Source of the DNA: Candidatus Magasanikiibacteriota bacterium
Lineage (GTDB): Bacteria > Patescibacteriota > Patescibacteriia > Magasanikbacterales > UBA922
Assembly (NCBI GenBank): GCA_012800155.1
Contig: JAAZJX010000002.1
Coordinates: forward strand, 1-55,515
Direction of reading: 5' to 3'
Length of the DNA stretch: 55,515 bases
A program made the translations under genes and the position numbers. Shown in pieces: positions 27,519 to 37,516 of this stretch (position 1 is the first letter of the stretch; each line of letters starts with the position of its first letter). Under the pieces are notes generated by a model. That model made no database searches. It worked only from the letters and a program-made list of their open reading frames with translations, and had not been told where the DNA came from.

Positions 27519-30155
27519 TTATTTTATAATTATTTTATTTTTTTCTATATCCACTTTTACTTTTTTGCCATCATAAATTTTTCCTTCAATGATAAGCATG
27601 GCAAGAGGATTAAGAAGTTCAGTTTGTATTACTCGTTTAAGTGGACGAGCTCCTAAATTTGGATCATAACCTTTTTTAGCTAACCAATCTTTGGCTTTTT
27701 TACTAACTTCAAGTTCAATTCTTTTTTCTTGCAAGCGTTGCTCAACTAAATTTAGTTGTAAATCTACAATTAAACGAATTTCTTTTTCATTAAGTGGGTG
27801 AAACATAATAATTTCATCAACTCGATTCAAAAATTCTGGTTTGAATCTTTCTCTCAAACTTTCCATTATTTTTTCTTTAATTTTTTCTTCTTTTTGTTGA
27901 TTGGATTTATTTTTACCATCAGCAAAACCAAAATCACCTGTTTTTCTCATTTTCATTATCATGTCTGAGCCAATATTACTAGTCATAACAATAACTGTGT
28001 TTTTGAAATTTACTTTTCTACCTTTAGCATCAGTTAAATGACCGTCATCTAAAATTTGTAACATCATATTAAAAACATCGGGATGAGCTTTTTCAATTTC
28101 ATCAAAAAGAATTACAGAATAAGGGCGACGACGAATTATTTCTGTTAATTGTCCACCTTCATCATAACCAATATAGCCGGGAGGGGAGCCAATCATTTTA
28201 CTAACAGTATGTTTTTCCATATATTCACTCATGTCTATACGAACAAGAGATTCTTCATTATTAAACATAAATTCAGCTAAAGCTTTGGCTAATTCAGTTT
28301 TTCCAACTCCAGTTGGTCCCATAAAAATAAATGAACCGATTGGGCGTTTTTCTTCATTAATTCCTGCTCGAGAACGACGAATTGCATTAGACATAGCAAC
28401 TATAGCTTCTTTTTGTCCAATTACGCGTTTTCCTAATTCTTCTTCCATACGAGCAAGTTTTTTAATTTCATCTTCTAGCATTTTGGAAACAGGAATTCCA
28501 GTCCAACGAGCAACAACTTGAGCAATATCTTGTTCAGTTACTTCTTCTTTAAGAATAATTCTACCTTTTTGAATATCTGCTAATTTATTTTCTTGTTTTT
28601 TTATTGCTTCTTCTGTAATAGGAATTTGACCATAACGAATTTCGGCCACTTTTTGTAAATTGCCACGGCGTTCTTCAATTTCAGCTTGTTGTTTTAATTT
28701 ATCAATTTCTTTTTTATGATTACGAATATTAGTAATAATTTCTTTTTCATTATGCCAATGAGTTTCTAATTCAGAACTTTTTTCTTTCAAATTAGCTAAA
28801 CGCTCTTTTAATTTATTCATTCTTTCTTTAGATTCTTCATCAGATTCTTTTTTCAAAGCGCGAATTTCAATATCTGTTTTCATCATTTCTCGTTTCATTT
28901 TATCTAATTCATCAGGCATTGAATCTATTTCCATACGCAGAGCTGAAGTGGCTTCGTCAATTAAATCAATAGCTTTATCTGGTAAAAATCTATCAGTAAT
29001 GTAACGATTAGAAAGCTCAACCGCAGCGATAATCGCGGGATCAGTGATACGCACACCATGATGAACTTCATATTTTTCTTTAATACCGCGTAAAATTGCA
29101 ACAGCATCATCAATACTTGGTTCATAAACTATTACTGGTTGAAAACGACGCTCAAAGGCTGCATCTTTTTCAATGTATTTTTGATATTCTTTGAGAGTGG
29201 TTGCTCCAATAGTATTAAGTTCACCACGAGCTAAAGCTGGTTTTAACATATTGCTAGCATCAATCGCACCTTCACTAGAACCAGCTCCTACAATAGTATG
29301 AAGTTCATCAATAAATAAAATTATTTTTCCATCAGATTCTGTTATTTCTTTCAAAACTGCTTTGAAACGTTCTTCAAATTCGCCTCGAAATTTTGTTCCT
29401 GCTACCAAAGCTCCAACATCAAGAGCTACAACTTCTTTATCTTTTAAACTTTCTGGAACATCACCATTGATAATTCTTTGAGCTAAACCTTCAGCAATTG
29501 CTGTTTTACCAACTCCAGGTTCACCAATCAGAACAGGATTATTTTTTGTTCGTCTAGTTAAAACTTGCATTACTCGACGAATTTCATCATCACGACCAAT
29601 CACTGGATCAAGTTTTTCTTTACGCGCAAGATCAGTTAAATTTTTACTATATTTTTCTAAAGCTTGATATTTATTTTCTGGTTCTGGACTATCTACTTTT
29701 TGAGTTCCGCGCACTAAAGCTAAAATTTTCAAAACATCATCATATTGAATATTTTGTTTTCCTAAAGCATCACTAATTGGATTTTTATTAGTTAAAAAAG
29801 ATAAAAGTAAATGTTCAACACTAATATAATCATCTCCCATTTTTTTAGATTCATTGGCTGCATTTTGAATAATATACATCATTGCTTGTCCCATAAGAAT
29901 TTGTCCTAAACCAGCTCCGGGCATTGGTCCATTTTGTTTAGGTAGAGAATTAATCATTTTTTGAACATCATCACGCAATTGTTTTATATTAGCATTAAGT
30001 TTTTTGAAAACAGAAATTACCACACCTTCTTCTTGTTCAAGTAAAGCAAAAAATAAATGAGGTGGTTCTACTTGTGGTTGACCATTTTCATTAGCAATTA
30101 TTGAAGCTCTTTGTAAAGCTTCTTGAGATTTATTAGTAAAATTTTGTGGATTCAT
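27519..30155 (-). CDS. clpB: ATP-dependent chaperone ClpB
   Basis: Two AAA+ modules ([16 protein letters not shown]) and a long coiled-coil middle domain. Confidence 0.97.
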   Translation of the reverse strand: MNPQNFTNKSQEALQRASIIANENGQPQVEPPHLFFALLEQEEGVVISVFKKLNANIKQLRDDVQKMINSLPKQNGPMPGAGLGQILMGQAMMYIIQNAANESKKMGDDYISVEHLLLSFLTNKNPISDALGKQNIQYDDVLKILALVRGTQKVDSPEPENKYQALEKYSKNLTDLARKEKLDPVIGRDDEIRRVMQVLTRRTKNNPVLIGEPGVGKTAIAEGLAQRIINGDVPESLKDKEVVALDVGALVAGTKFRGEFEERFKAVLKEITESDGKIILFIDELHTIVGAGSSEGAIDASNMLKPALARGELNTIGATTLKEYQKYIEKDAAFERRFQPVIVYEPSIDDAVAILRGIKEKYEVHHGVRITDPAIIAAVELSNRYITDRFLPDKAIDLIDEATSALRMEIDSMPDELDKMKREMMKTDIEIRALKKESDEESKERMNKLKERLANLKEKSSELETHWHNEKEIITNIRNHKKEIDKLKQQAEIEERRGNLQKVAEIRYGQIPITEEAIKKQENKLADIQKGRIILKEEVTEQDIAQVVARWTGIPVSKMLEDEIKKLARMEEELGKRVIGQKEAIVAMSNAIRRSRAGINEEKRPIGSFIFMGPTGVGKTELAKALAEFMFNNEESLVRIDMSEYMEKHTVSKMIGSPPGYIGYDEGGQLTEIIRRRPYSVILFDEIEKAHPDVFNMMLQILDDGHLTDAKGRKVNFKNTVIVMTSNIGSDMIMKMRKTGDFGFADGKNKSNQQKEEKIKEKIMESLRERFKPEFLNRVDEIIMFHPLNEKEIRLIVDLQLNLVEQRLQEKRIELEVSKKAKDWLAKKGYDPNLGARPLKRVIQTELLNPLAMLIIEGKIYDGKKVKVDIEKNKIIIK

Positions 30156-30180
30156 ATTTTTAAATTAACATTCTTTTTAA

Positions 30181-30207
30181 TTATCACTCTTTATACCTGA
30201 GTGATAA
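30181..30207. promoter_or_regulatory. CIRCE-like (HrcA) operator
   Basis: TTATCACTC-N9-GAGTGATAA, a perfect inverted repeat (consensus TTAGCACTC-N9-GAGTGCTAA), between the clpB promoter and start codon. Confidence 0.85.
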
Positions 30208-30208
30208 T

Positions 30209-30236
30209 AGTATACTATATTGCAAATTTTTGTCAA
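30209..30236 (-). promoter_or_regulatory. sigma70 promoter of clpB
   Basis: Minus strand TTGACA-16bp-TATACT. Confidence 0.7.
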
Positions 30237-30272
30237 ATACTTTATACTATAAAGCATAAATTTAGCTAAATT

Positions 30273-31022
30273 ATGAATATTTTAGGTGTAAGAGTAGATA
30301 ATTTTAATACTCAGGAAATACTTAAAAAATTAAGTTATTTTTTGGATAGCAATCTTTCTCATAAAATTTTTACTCCTAATCCAGAAATGTTAGTAGATGC
30401 TCAAAAAGATCATTATTTTAAAGAAGTTTTAAATAGTGGAGATTTAAATGTTTGTGACGGTTTTGGTTTATCATTAGTGAGTGGAGCTAAGCGTTTGCCA
30501 GGAGTAGATTTAATGATGTTAATTTGTCAAATAGCTGAAAGTAAAAATAAAAGTATTTATTTATTAGGATCAGGAAGTCAAGAAGTTATTGAAGGATCTA
30601 AAAATTTTTTAGAAAAAAAATTCCCTCAATTAAAAATTGTTGGGGGACATCCTGGTTTAGAAATAAGCAAAATTAAAGCTGATGAAAAAAATATTATAGT
30701 TTATGATAAAGAAAAAAATGATGATTTAATTAGTGAGATTATTATGTCTGCGCCAGATGTTTTGTTGGTGGCTTTTGGTCATGTAAAACAAGAAAAATGG
30801 ATTACTGAAAATTTGCGTGATTTACCTAGTGTAAAAATTGCTATTGGTTTGGGTGGATCATTTGATTTTATATCTGGAAAAATAAAACGAGCGCCAAAAT
30901 TTTTACGTTTAATTGGTTTAGAATGGTTATATCGTTTAATTAGACAACCAAGTAGAATCAAAAGAATTTGGAAAGCAACTGTAGTATTTTTATTTTTAGT
31001 TTTGAAAAATAAAAAAGTTTAA
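30273..31022 (+). CDS. WecG/TagA/CpsF glycosyltransferase
   Basis: TPNPE, DGFG, R.PGVDL, KQEKWI, GGSFDF.SG..KRAP, GLEWLYRL..QP.R. Confidence 0.94.
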   Translation: MNILGVRVDNFNTQEILKKLSYFLDSNLSHKIFTPNPEMLVDAQKDHYFKEVLNSGDLNVCDGFGLSLVSGAKRLPGVDLMMLICQIAESKNKSIYLLGSGSQEVIEGSKNFLEKKFPQLKIVGGHPGLEISKIKADEKNIIVYDKEKNDDLISEIIMSAPDVLLVAFGHVKQEKWITENLRDLPSVKIAIGLGGSFDFISGKIKRAPKFLRLIGLEWLYRLIRQPSRIKRIWKATVVFLFLVLKNKKV

Positions 31023-31026
31023 TTTT

Positions 31027-31788
31027 ATGTTAGCAAAAAAAATTATTCAACATATCAATCAACTTCAGCAAAAGAAAATTCGTATTAAAGATAAAGAATT
31101 TTTAATTGAAGGAATTAAAGGTGTTAATGAAGCTTTAGATTCAAATTTGGAAGTTATTTTAATTGTAATTGAAGGAAGTCGTCGTGATGAAAAAGAATTT
31201 ATTGATTTAATTAAAAAAGCTGAGAAAAAAACAGTTTTTATAGAATTTTGTGGTCGAAAAGATATTAAAGATATAAAAACAACTGATACTTTTCCGGGAG
31301 TACTTGCGATTGTCAATCAACCAGAATTTAATATTCATGATTTACTTGATGATAAAATAATTTGTCTTGATGGTATCAAAGATCCAGGAAATTTAGGTAC
31401 AATTATTCGAACAGCAGACTGGTTTGGAATAAAAAATATTTTATTATCTGAAGATTGTGTTGATGTTTTTAATCCTAAAGTAGTTAGAAGTACTATGGGA
31501 TCAATCTTTCGAATGAAAATAATGGAAAGTAAAAATTTAATTAAAGATTTACTTTATTTACAAAAACAATATCATTATAAAATTTATTGTTTAACTATGA
31601 ACGGTAAAGATCTAGACACTTTAAAATTTAAACCAGAATTAATTTTTGTTATTGGAAGCGAGTCTCAGGGAATTAGACCAGAGATTGAAAAAATTTCTGA
31701 TGACCAGTATACTATATTTGGAAAAGGAAAAGCAGAATCGCTCAATGCCGCGATTGCAGCTGGTATTTTAATATCAAAAATAAGTTAA
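31027..31788 (+). CDS. TrmH/SpoU-family RNA methyltransferase
   Basis: DPGNLGTIIRTA, KVVRSTMGS, GSE.QG, ESLNAA.A. Confidence 0.94.
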   Translation: MLAKKIIQHINQLQQKKIRIKDKEFLIEGIKGVNEALDSNLEVILIVIEGSRRDEKEFIDLIKKAEKKTVFIEFCGRKDIKDIKTTDTFPGVLAIVNQPEFNIHDLLDDKIICLDGIKDPGNLGTIIRTADWFGIKNILLSEDCVDVFNPKVVRSTMGSIFRMKIMESKNLIKDLLYLQKQYHYKIYCLTMNGKDLDTLKFKPELIFVIGSESQGIRPEIEKISDDQYTIFGKGKAESLNAAIAAGILISKIS

Positions 31789-31791
31789 TTT

Positions 31792-33261
31792 ATGATAAAA
31801 ACACGTTTTGCGCCTTCACCAACTGGTTATTTACATGTAGGAGGATTGAGAACAGCTTTATACGCTTATTTAATTGCTAAAAAAAATAATGGTAATTTTA
31901 TTTTACGAATTGAAGATACTGATAGAGAAAGATTTGTTGAAGGAGCTACTGAAAATTTATTAAGATCTTTAGCTTGGGCTGGTATTAAACCTGATGAAGG
32001 AGTAATTTTTTCAGAAGATAAGAAAAGAATAGAACAAATTGGAAAAAATGGACCCTATATTCAATCTGAAAGATTAGAAATTTATAAAAAGTATGTTGAC
32101 CAATTGATTAGTGAAGAAAAAGCTTATTATTGTTTTTGTTCCAAAGAAAGATTAGAAGAATTAAGAAAAATTCAAGAAGTAAATAAGCAACCAACTGGTT
32201 ATGATGGATATTGTCGTAATTTATCTTTAGAAGAAGTAAAAAAAAGAATTGCTAATAATGAAAAATATGTTATTCGCATGAAAATGCCTCGAGAAGGAAT
32301 TACCAAATTTACTGATCTAATTCGTGGTGAAATAGAATTTAAAAATGAATTAATTGATGATCAAGTAATTTTTAAAGCTGATGGTTTTCCAACTTATCAT
32401 TTAGCAGTTGTAATAGATGATCATTTAATGGAGATTACTCAGGTAATTCGTGGTGAAGAATGGCTATCATCTACACCTAAACATTTAGTTTTATATAAAA
32501 TGTTTGGTTGGCAACCTCCACAATTTGCGCATTTACCATTATTATTAAATCCTGATAAATCAAAATTAAGTAAGCGTCAAGGTGATGTAGCAGTTGAAGA
32601 TTATCGTGATAAAGGTTATTTACCAGAAGCTTTATTAAATTTTGTAGCTTTTTTAGGTTGGAATCCGGGTACAGAAAAAGAAATATTTAGTTTAGCTGAA
32701 TTAATTCAAAATTTTAGTTTAGAACGAGTTAATAAAGCTGGAGCAGTATTTAATTTAGACAAATTAAATTGGTATAATAAAGAATATTTAAAAATAATTG
32801 ATGAAAAAAGATTATTAGATTTATGTGGACCTTTGTTAGAAGAAAAATATTCTATTTCTAATTCACAATTTTCAATTTCCAAAGTTATTGCTTTAGAAAA
32901 AGAAAGAGCTACAACTTTATTAGAATTAGTAAAAAATTTACGCTTTATTTTTGAAGATTTACCTTATGAAAGTGATGTTTTAGTATGGAAAAAAGATAAT
33001 CAAGAAGGTACAAAAAATAAACTTCAAGAACTTTATAATTATTTGAATACATTAAGTGTTCAAGAATGGACTAAAGATAATTTAGATAAGAAAGTAGGGG
33101 AGTGGATAAAAGAAAAAGATTATGGAGTAGGTAATGTGCTTTGGCCAATGCGAGTAGCTTTAGCAGGTCAAAAAAATTCTCCCGGACCATACGAAATTGC
33201 AGAAGTTCTTGGTAGAGAAAAAAGTTTAGAAAGAATTAATAAAGCAATTAAAAAATTGTGA
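31792..33261 (+). CDS. gltX: Glutamate--tRNA ligase
   Basis: RFAPSPTGYLHVG, LRIEDTD, KLSKR. Confidence 0.98.
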   Translation: MIKTRFAPSPTGYLHVGGLRTALYAYLIAKKNNGNFILRIEDTDRERFVEGATENLLRSLAWAGIKPDEGVIFSEDKKRIEQIGKNGPYIQSERLEIYKKYVDQLISEEKAYYCFCSKERLEELRKIQEVNKQPTGYDGYCRNLSLEEVKKRIANNEKYVIRMKMPREGITKFTDLIRGEIEFKNELIDDQVIFKADGFPTYHLAVVIDDHLMEITQVIRGEEWLSSTPKHLVLYKMFGWQPPQFAHLPLLLNPDKSKLSKRQGDVAVEDYRDKGYLPEALLNFVAFLGWNPGTEKEIFSLAELIQNFSLERVNKAGAVFNLDKLNWYNKEYLKIIDEKRLLDLCGPLLEEKYSISNSQFSISKVIALEKERATTLLELVKNLRFIFEDLPYESDVLVWKKDNQEGTKNKLQELYNYLNTLSVQEWTKDNLDKKVGEWIKEKDYGVGNVLWPMRVALAGQKNSPGPYEIAEVLGREKSLERINKAIKKL

Positions 33262-33274
33262 GATAATAAATAAC

Positions 33275-34513
33275 ATGAAAAAATTTTTATTATTTATATT
33301 ATTATTTAGTGGGTTTATTTTTGGACCTAATTTTGTATTTTCACAAATTAATGAAGTGGGTGGTAATACAGCAGAAATTGAACAACTTAATAAAGCTATT
33401 GCTGAAAAGAAAGCCAAAATAAAAGATTTAGAAGACAGTATTATTGTTTATAAAGAAAAAATAAAACAAACTCAATTAGAATCAACATCTTTGAAAAATC
33501 AAATGTCTTTGATAAGTAATCGTATTGCTAAAGTTGAATTAGATATAAAAGCTAGTGAAGAAAGGTTAGAATTTATAAATTTAGAAATTGAAGTACTTTC
33601 CTTAGAAATTGAAAATAAAGAAAATTTAATAAAAAAACAAAAAATGATTTTAGGAGAAATGATTAGAACATTATATTATAATGGAAATAAAAATTATTTA
33701 GAAATAGCAGCTACCTATGATAATTTTTCTGATTTTTATAGTGAATTGCAATATTTAAGAACTGTAGAACAAAGTTTAGGTAAAAATGTTACTAGTTTGC
33801 AAATTGCTACTAATGATTTACAGAATAAAAAAACACAAAATGAAGAAAAGAAAAAAAGTTATGAAAATCTTAAACAAGAATTATTAGAAAAGAAAAAAGA
33901 TTATAATGATCAAAAATTTCTTAAACAAGATTTATTAAATAAATCAAAGTCTAATGAAAAAACTTATAGTGCATTATTAAATAATTTAAATACTCAATAT
34001 CGACAAATTGAAAATGAAATATCTTCTATAGAAGCAGAAGTGAGGCGTAAATTAGCAGAACAAAATAAATTAAGTAAAATTAATGATGATATTACCAAAC
34101 TTTCTTGGCCTACACAAAGTCGTTATATTACTGCTTATTTTCATGATCCTGATTATCCATATCGTCATATATTTGAACATAGTGGAATAGATATTCGAGC
34201 TGCTCAAGGAACACCGATTAAAGCAACTGCTTCTGGGTATGTTGGTACAGCTAAATATTGTAGTTCAGCTTCATGTTATTCTTATGTATTATTGATACAT
34301 TCTAATGGTTTAGCTACTTTATATGGACATTTGAGTAAAATTATTGTTTCTGCTGATAAATTTGTTACCAGAGGTGATATTATTGGTTATTCTGGTGGAA
34401 CACCAGGCACAGTTGGTGCTGGTCCATTTGTTACCGGTCCTCATTTACATTTTGAAGTTAGAAAAAATGGTATTCCAACTAATCCTTTGAATTATTTAGT
34501 TAAAGATTATTAA
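33275..34513 (+). CDS. Coiled-coil M23 peptidase (EnvC/CwlO-like)
   Basis: Signal peptide, long coiled coil, H.GID, YGHL, TGPHLHFEVR. Confidence 0.92.
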   Translation: MKKFLLFILLFSGFIFGPNFVFSQINEVGGNTAEIEQLNKAIAEKKAKIKDLEDSIIVYKEKIKQTQLESTSLKNQMSLISNRIAKVELDIKASEERLEFINLEIEVLSLEIENKENLIKKQKMILGEMIRTLYYNGNKNYLEIAATYDNFSDFYSELQYLRTVEQSLGKNVTSLQIATNDLQNKKTQNEEKKKSYENLKQELLEKKKDYNDQKFLKQDLLNKSKSNEKTYSALLNNLNTQYRQIENEISSIEAEVRRKLAEQNKLSKINDDITKLSWPTQSRYITAYFHDPDYPYRHIFEHSGIDIRAAQGTPIKATASGYVGTAKYCSSASCYSYVLLIHSNGLATLYGHLSKIIVSADKFVTRGDIIGYSGGTPGTVGAGPFVTGPHLHFEVRKNGIPTNPLNYLVKDY

Positions 34514-34515
34514 TT

Positions 34516-35037
34516 ATGAAAAAACTTTATTCTAACAATTTAATTTTTTTTGATACTGAATTTACCAATTTGAATATAGAAAAAGCTCAATTATTATCAA
34601 TTGGTTTGATTAAAAATAATGGAAAAAAATTATATTTAGAATTTAAATATGATGATAAAGATGTTCATCCTTGGGTAAAGAAAAAAGTTTTACCTTATCT
34701 CAAAGGTAAGAAAATTAGTTTAGAACAGGGGAGAGAAAAGATTTGGGATTTTATTGGACGAGATCAAAAAGATAAACCATTTTTAATAGCTTATGTGAAT
34801 CAATTTGACGCTATGTTTTGGTATAAGATTTTTGGTGATCCACAAAAACATCCAGCTTTTTGGATACCAATAGATTTTGCTAGTATTTTATTTGCTTATG
34901 GTTATAGTCCAGAAAGCATGAGATATAAGAAATTTTACAATGACTTAAAAATTGATACTAGTAAATATCAAGATCATAATGCTCTTGAAGATGCTAAAAA
35001 ATTGCGTGATGTTTATCAAGCTTTTATTAAGGAATAG
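34516..35037 (+). CDS. DEDDh 3'-5' exonuclease (RNase AS/DUF5051-like)
   Basis: FFDTEFT, FD, HNALEDA. Confidence 0.85.
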   Translation: MKKLYSNNLIFFDTEFTNLNIEKAQLLSIGLIKNNGKKLYLEFKYDDKDVHPWVKKKVLPYLKGKKISLEQGREKIWDFIGRDQKDKPFLIAYVNQFDAMFWYKIFGDPQKHPAFWIPIDFASILFAYGYSPESMRYKKFYNDLKIDTSKYQDHNALEDAKKLRDVYQAFIKE

Positions 35038-35381
35038 ATTATATAGCGTCGCACAATATAAAGCAGGGGAATTACTTAAAAGGTAGAGGATAGTAGAATA
35101 AATAATAAATAGAACCAAATTAATTGGTTTTTTTATTTATCTGCAAATTTATTAATTAAAAATAGAAAATTAATTTAGTAATTAAATTTTTAAATAATTT
35201 ACTTTATAAAATAAATATATTTAAATAATGAGTTATTTTAAATTAAATATTATTTACTAAATAAAAAAGGAGAGAGTTTGTTATTTTTGAATAAAATATA
35301 AAGTAATTAGCTAATTAAAGCTAAAATAATGGTAAATTAGTGGTATTAGATTACCTTGTGTTTTAAAAGGCTTGTTTTGTA

Positions 35382-35409
35382 GCGTCGTATAAGATATATT
35401 GTGCGACAT
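35382..35409. other. dif-like 28-bp tyrosine-recombinase site
   Basis: GCGTCGTATAA-GATATA-TTGTGCGACAT (11-6-11 with inverted arms) at a convergent gene junction. Confidence 0.65.
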
Positions 35410-35466
35410 TCAACTATATCTTAAACCTATCTAATTTAATATTAAAATGAGTAATTTACTTATTCT

Positions 35467-36483
35467 CTATTTCCAATATACTCTTCCAGAATATCTTAGA
35501 TCTATATAACTTAAATTGTTTTTATCAATTTTATTTTTCAAAAGATATTCTAATTCATTAAATTGATTTGTTATGTCAGTAGTAATTTTTACTTTTATTT
35601 CCCAACCATCACTAGTTTTTATTATCCCCTCGCCAAAATCATTTTCAATAAAAAAATAAGTAAAATTAATATCAGTTCTTTTTTCTAATAAATTAAACCA
35701 TTGAATTATTCCTGAAATTTTATTCTGATTTAATACCAAATCATTTATTTTTAGATCATCCCCGTCATTCTGCCTATAAATAATAGGATAATCCCCCATT
35801 TCTTGAGTAATTTTATTTATAGAAATTTTAGGTTTTCTTGCAATTTCTTTTTCTGTAATTATTTCTTCACCAAGTTCATTAGTAGAAGTAACACTTTTTT
35901 TTGTTATCAGCCATTCATCTTCTCCTACATAACGTAATATCTCTATGACTTTTCCAGTTTCATCTAAATAAGTGTAAATTCTACCATCATTATAAATTAT
36001 TTTGGATATTTTTTCTTCTACCTCTACTTTTATTTTATCAGGAAATATTTTTTGAATAGTTATATTTTGAATTGGGTATTTTTGTTTTAAAATAAAAATA
36101 ATTTCATTTAAATCAATTGTAAAATAATTATTTTTGGGAATAATTAAAAAACTTTTATAATTAGTTATATTAGTAATATTTTCAATTAATTCTTGATTAT
36201 TTATTCTTTTTAAACCAGAAATTTCTATATTTTTTATTTTAAAAAATGAACTGTATATAATAGTTATAAAAGTAGCTAAAATAGTAAAAATTAATAAAAA
36301 AATTTCTATTCTTTTTTTCCAATTTATTTCAGTTGTTTTTTTGAAAGGATTTGATTTTGGTTTTCTCCAATCATAATCTTTATGTTTATTAATTTGATTA
36401 TAAGAAAAAACAAACTTAGAAGCACTTTGAATTTGTCTTCCTAATTTTCTTTTTAATTTGTATCGATTAAAAAATTTTTTCAC
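35467..36483 (-). CDS. FtsQ/DivIB-like POTRA protein
   Basis: Single TM; S.FFKIKNIEISG, K.FPDKIKVEVEE, C-terminal YIDLR...RVY. Confidence 0.8.
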   Translation of the reverse strand: MKKFFNRYKLKRKLGRQIQSASKFVFSYNQINKHKDYDWRKPKSNPFKKTTEINWKKRIEIFLLIFTILATFITIIYSSFFKIKNIEISGLKRINNQELIENITNITNYKSFLIIPKNNYFTIDLNEIIFILKQKYPIQNITIQKIFPDKIKVEVEEKISKIIYNDGRIYTYLDETGKVIEILRYVGEDEWLITKKSVTSTNELGEEIITEKEIARKPKISINKITQEMGDYPIIYRQNDGDDLKINDLVLNQNKISGIIQWFNLLEKRTDINFTYFFIENDFGEGIIKTSDGWEIKVKITTDITNQFNELEYLLKNKIDKNNLSYIDLRYSGRVYWK

Positions 36484-36488
36484 AATTT

Positions 36489-37511
36489 TTACTTAAAACC
36501 ACGCTTTATACTTCGTAAAGTTTCTATTAACCAATTTATTTTATAACGCCAAGAAATAGGAAGATCTTGACAATGTAATAAATTTTTTTGATAACCACCA
36601 AAACCTTTTTTAAAATGAGTTATTCCCTTAAAAGGATGATTGGTAGAAGAATTTTCTGGAGCAATACCCCAAAAATTATAATATTTTAAACCACGTTTTT
36701 TTGCTTCTTTTATAGCTTCCCATTGTAATAAATATGAAGTTGGAATTTGTTTTATTAAATTTAATGAAGCTCCGTGACGATAGACTGCAGTATTTCCATA
36801 TAACATAATAATAGCTGAAGAATCTAATTGTTTATTTTCTAAATATCCATTAAATATTAAAGCCTGATTATTATTTTTAAAAGATAAAAATTCTTGATCA
36901 ATATAATTTTTGGAAAATCTATGAAAATTATGTCTTTTAGCTGTTATATCATGTAAATTATTAAAATCATTCAATGCTTTTTCAGTAATTGATTTGTCAA
37001 TAAAAACATTTTCACGCTGACAACGACTAATTAAATTACGATGATTTTTATTCATTTTACTAAGCAATTCTTCTTCAGTTGGTTCTAAATTTAAAATCCA
37101 AGTAGTCTCAGCTAAAATATGAATAGGAGCATCTTTGAATCCTAGTGATTTAAAATTTTTTTTATTATTTTCATTATCTTCTATAAAAGGAGAAATTCTA
37201 ACGAAATCATAATTATTTTCTTTAGCAAATTTTTTAATAAAATTACTAAATTCTTTTAATTTTAAATTATTACTAAAATCTAATATTGGACCATAAGGAA
37301 TAAATAAAAAATTACCTCTTTTGGCATGCACACTAACAACCAAAGCACCACCAATTAAATTGTTATTTTCATATAAACCAAAAATCCAATAGTTCTCCTC
37401 TATTTTTTTATAAAACTCACCATATTGAAAAGATTGAACAAATAAAGTATCTGGTTGACTTAAGACAAATTTTTCCCATTCTTCTTTATTTTTTATTTGT
37501 TTTATTTCCAT
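36489..37511 (-). CDS. FemAB/FemX-family aminoacyl-tRNA-dependent transferase
   Basis: F.QS..YG, PYGP, LQWEAIKEAKKRG..YYNFWGI, G...FKKGFGG. Confidence 0.92.
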   Translation of the reverse strand: MEIKQIKNKEEWEKFVLSQPDTLFVQSFQYGEFYKKIEENYWIFGLYENNNLIGGALVVSVHAKRGNFLFIPYGPILDFSNNLKLKEFSNFIKKFAKENNYDFVRISPFIEDNENNKKNFKSLGFKDAPIHILAETTWILNLEPTEEELLSKMNKNHRNLISRCQRENVFIDKSITEKALNDFNNLHDITAKRHNFHRFSKNYIDQEFLSFKNNNQALIFNGYLENKQLDSSAIIMLYGNTAVYRHGASLNLIKQIPTSYLLQWEAIKEAKKRGLKYYNFWGIAPENSSTNHPFKGITHFKKGFGGYQKNLLHCQDLPISWRYKINWLIETLRSIKRGFK

Positions 37512-37516
37512 AATAA

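Noticed and set aside
31697..31724. CTGATGA...GAAA resembling a second hammerhead core
   Set aside because: Lies in the TrmH coding sequence, stem II is out of register with GAAA, and I found no stems I or III.
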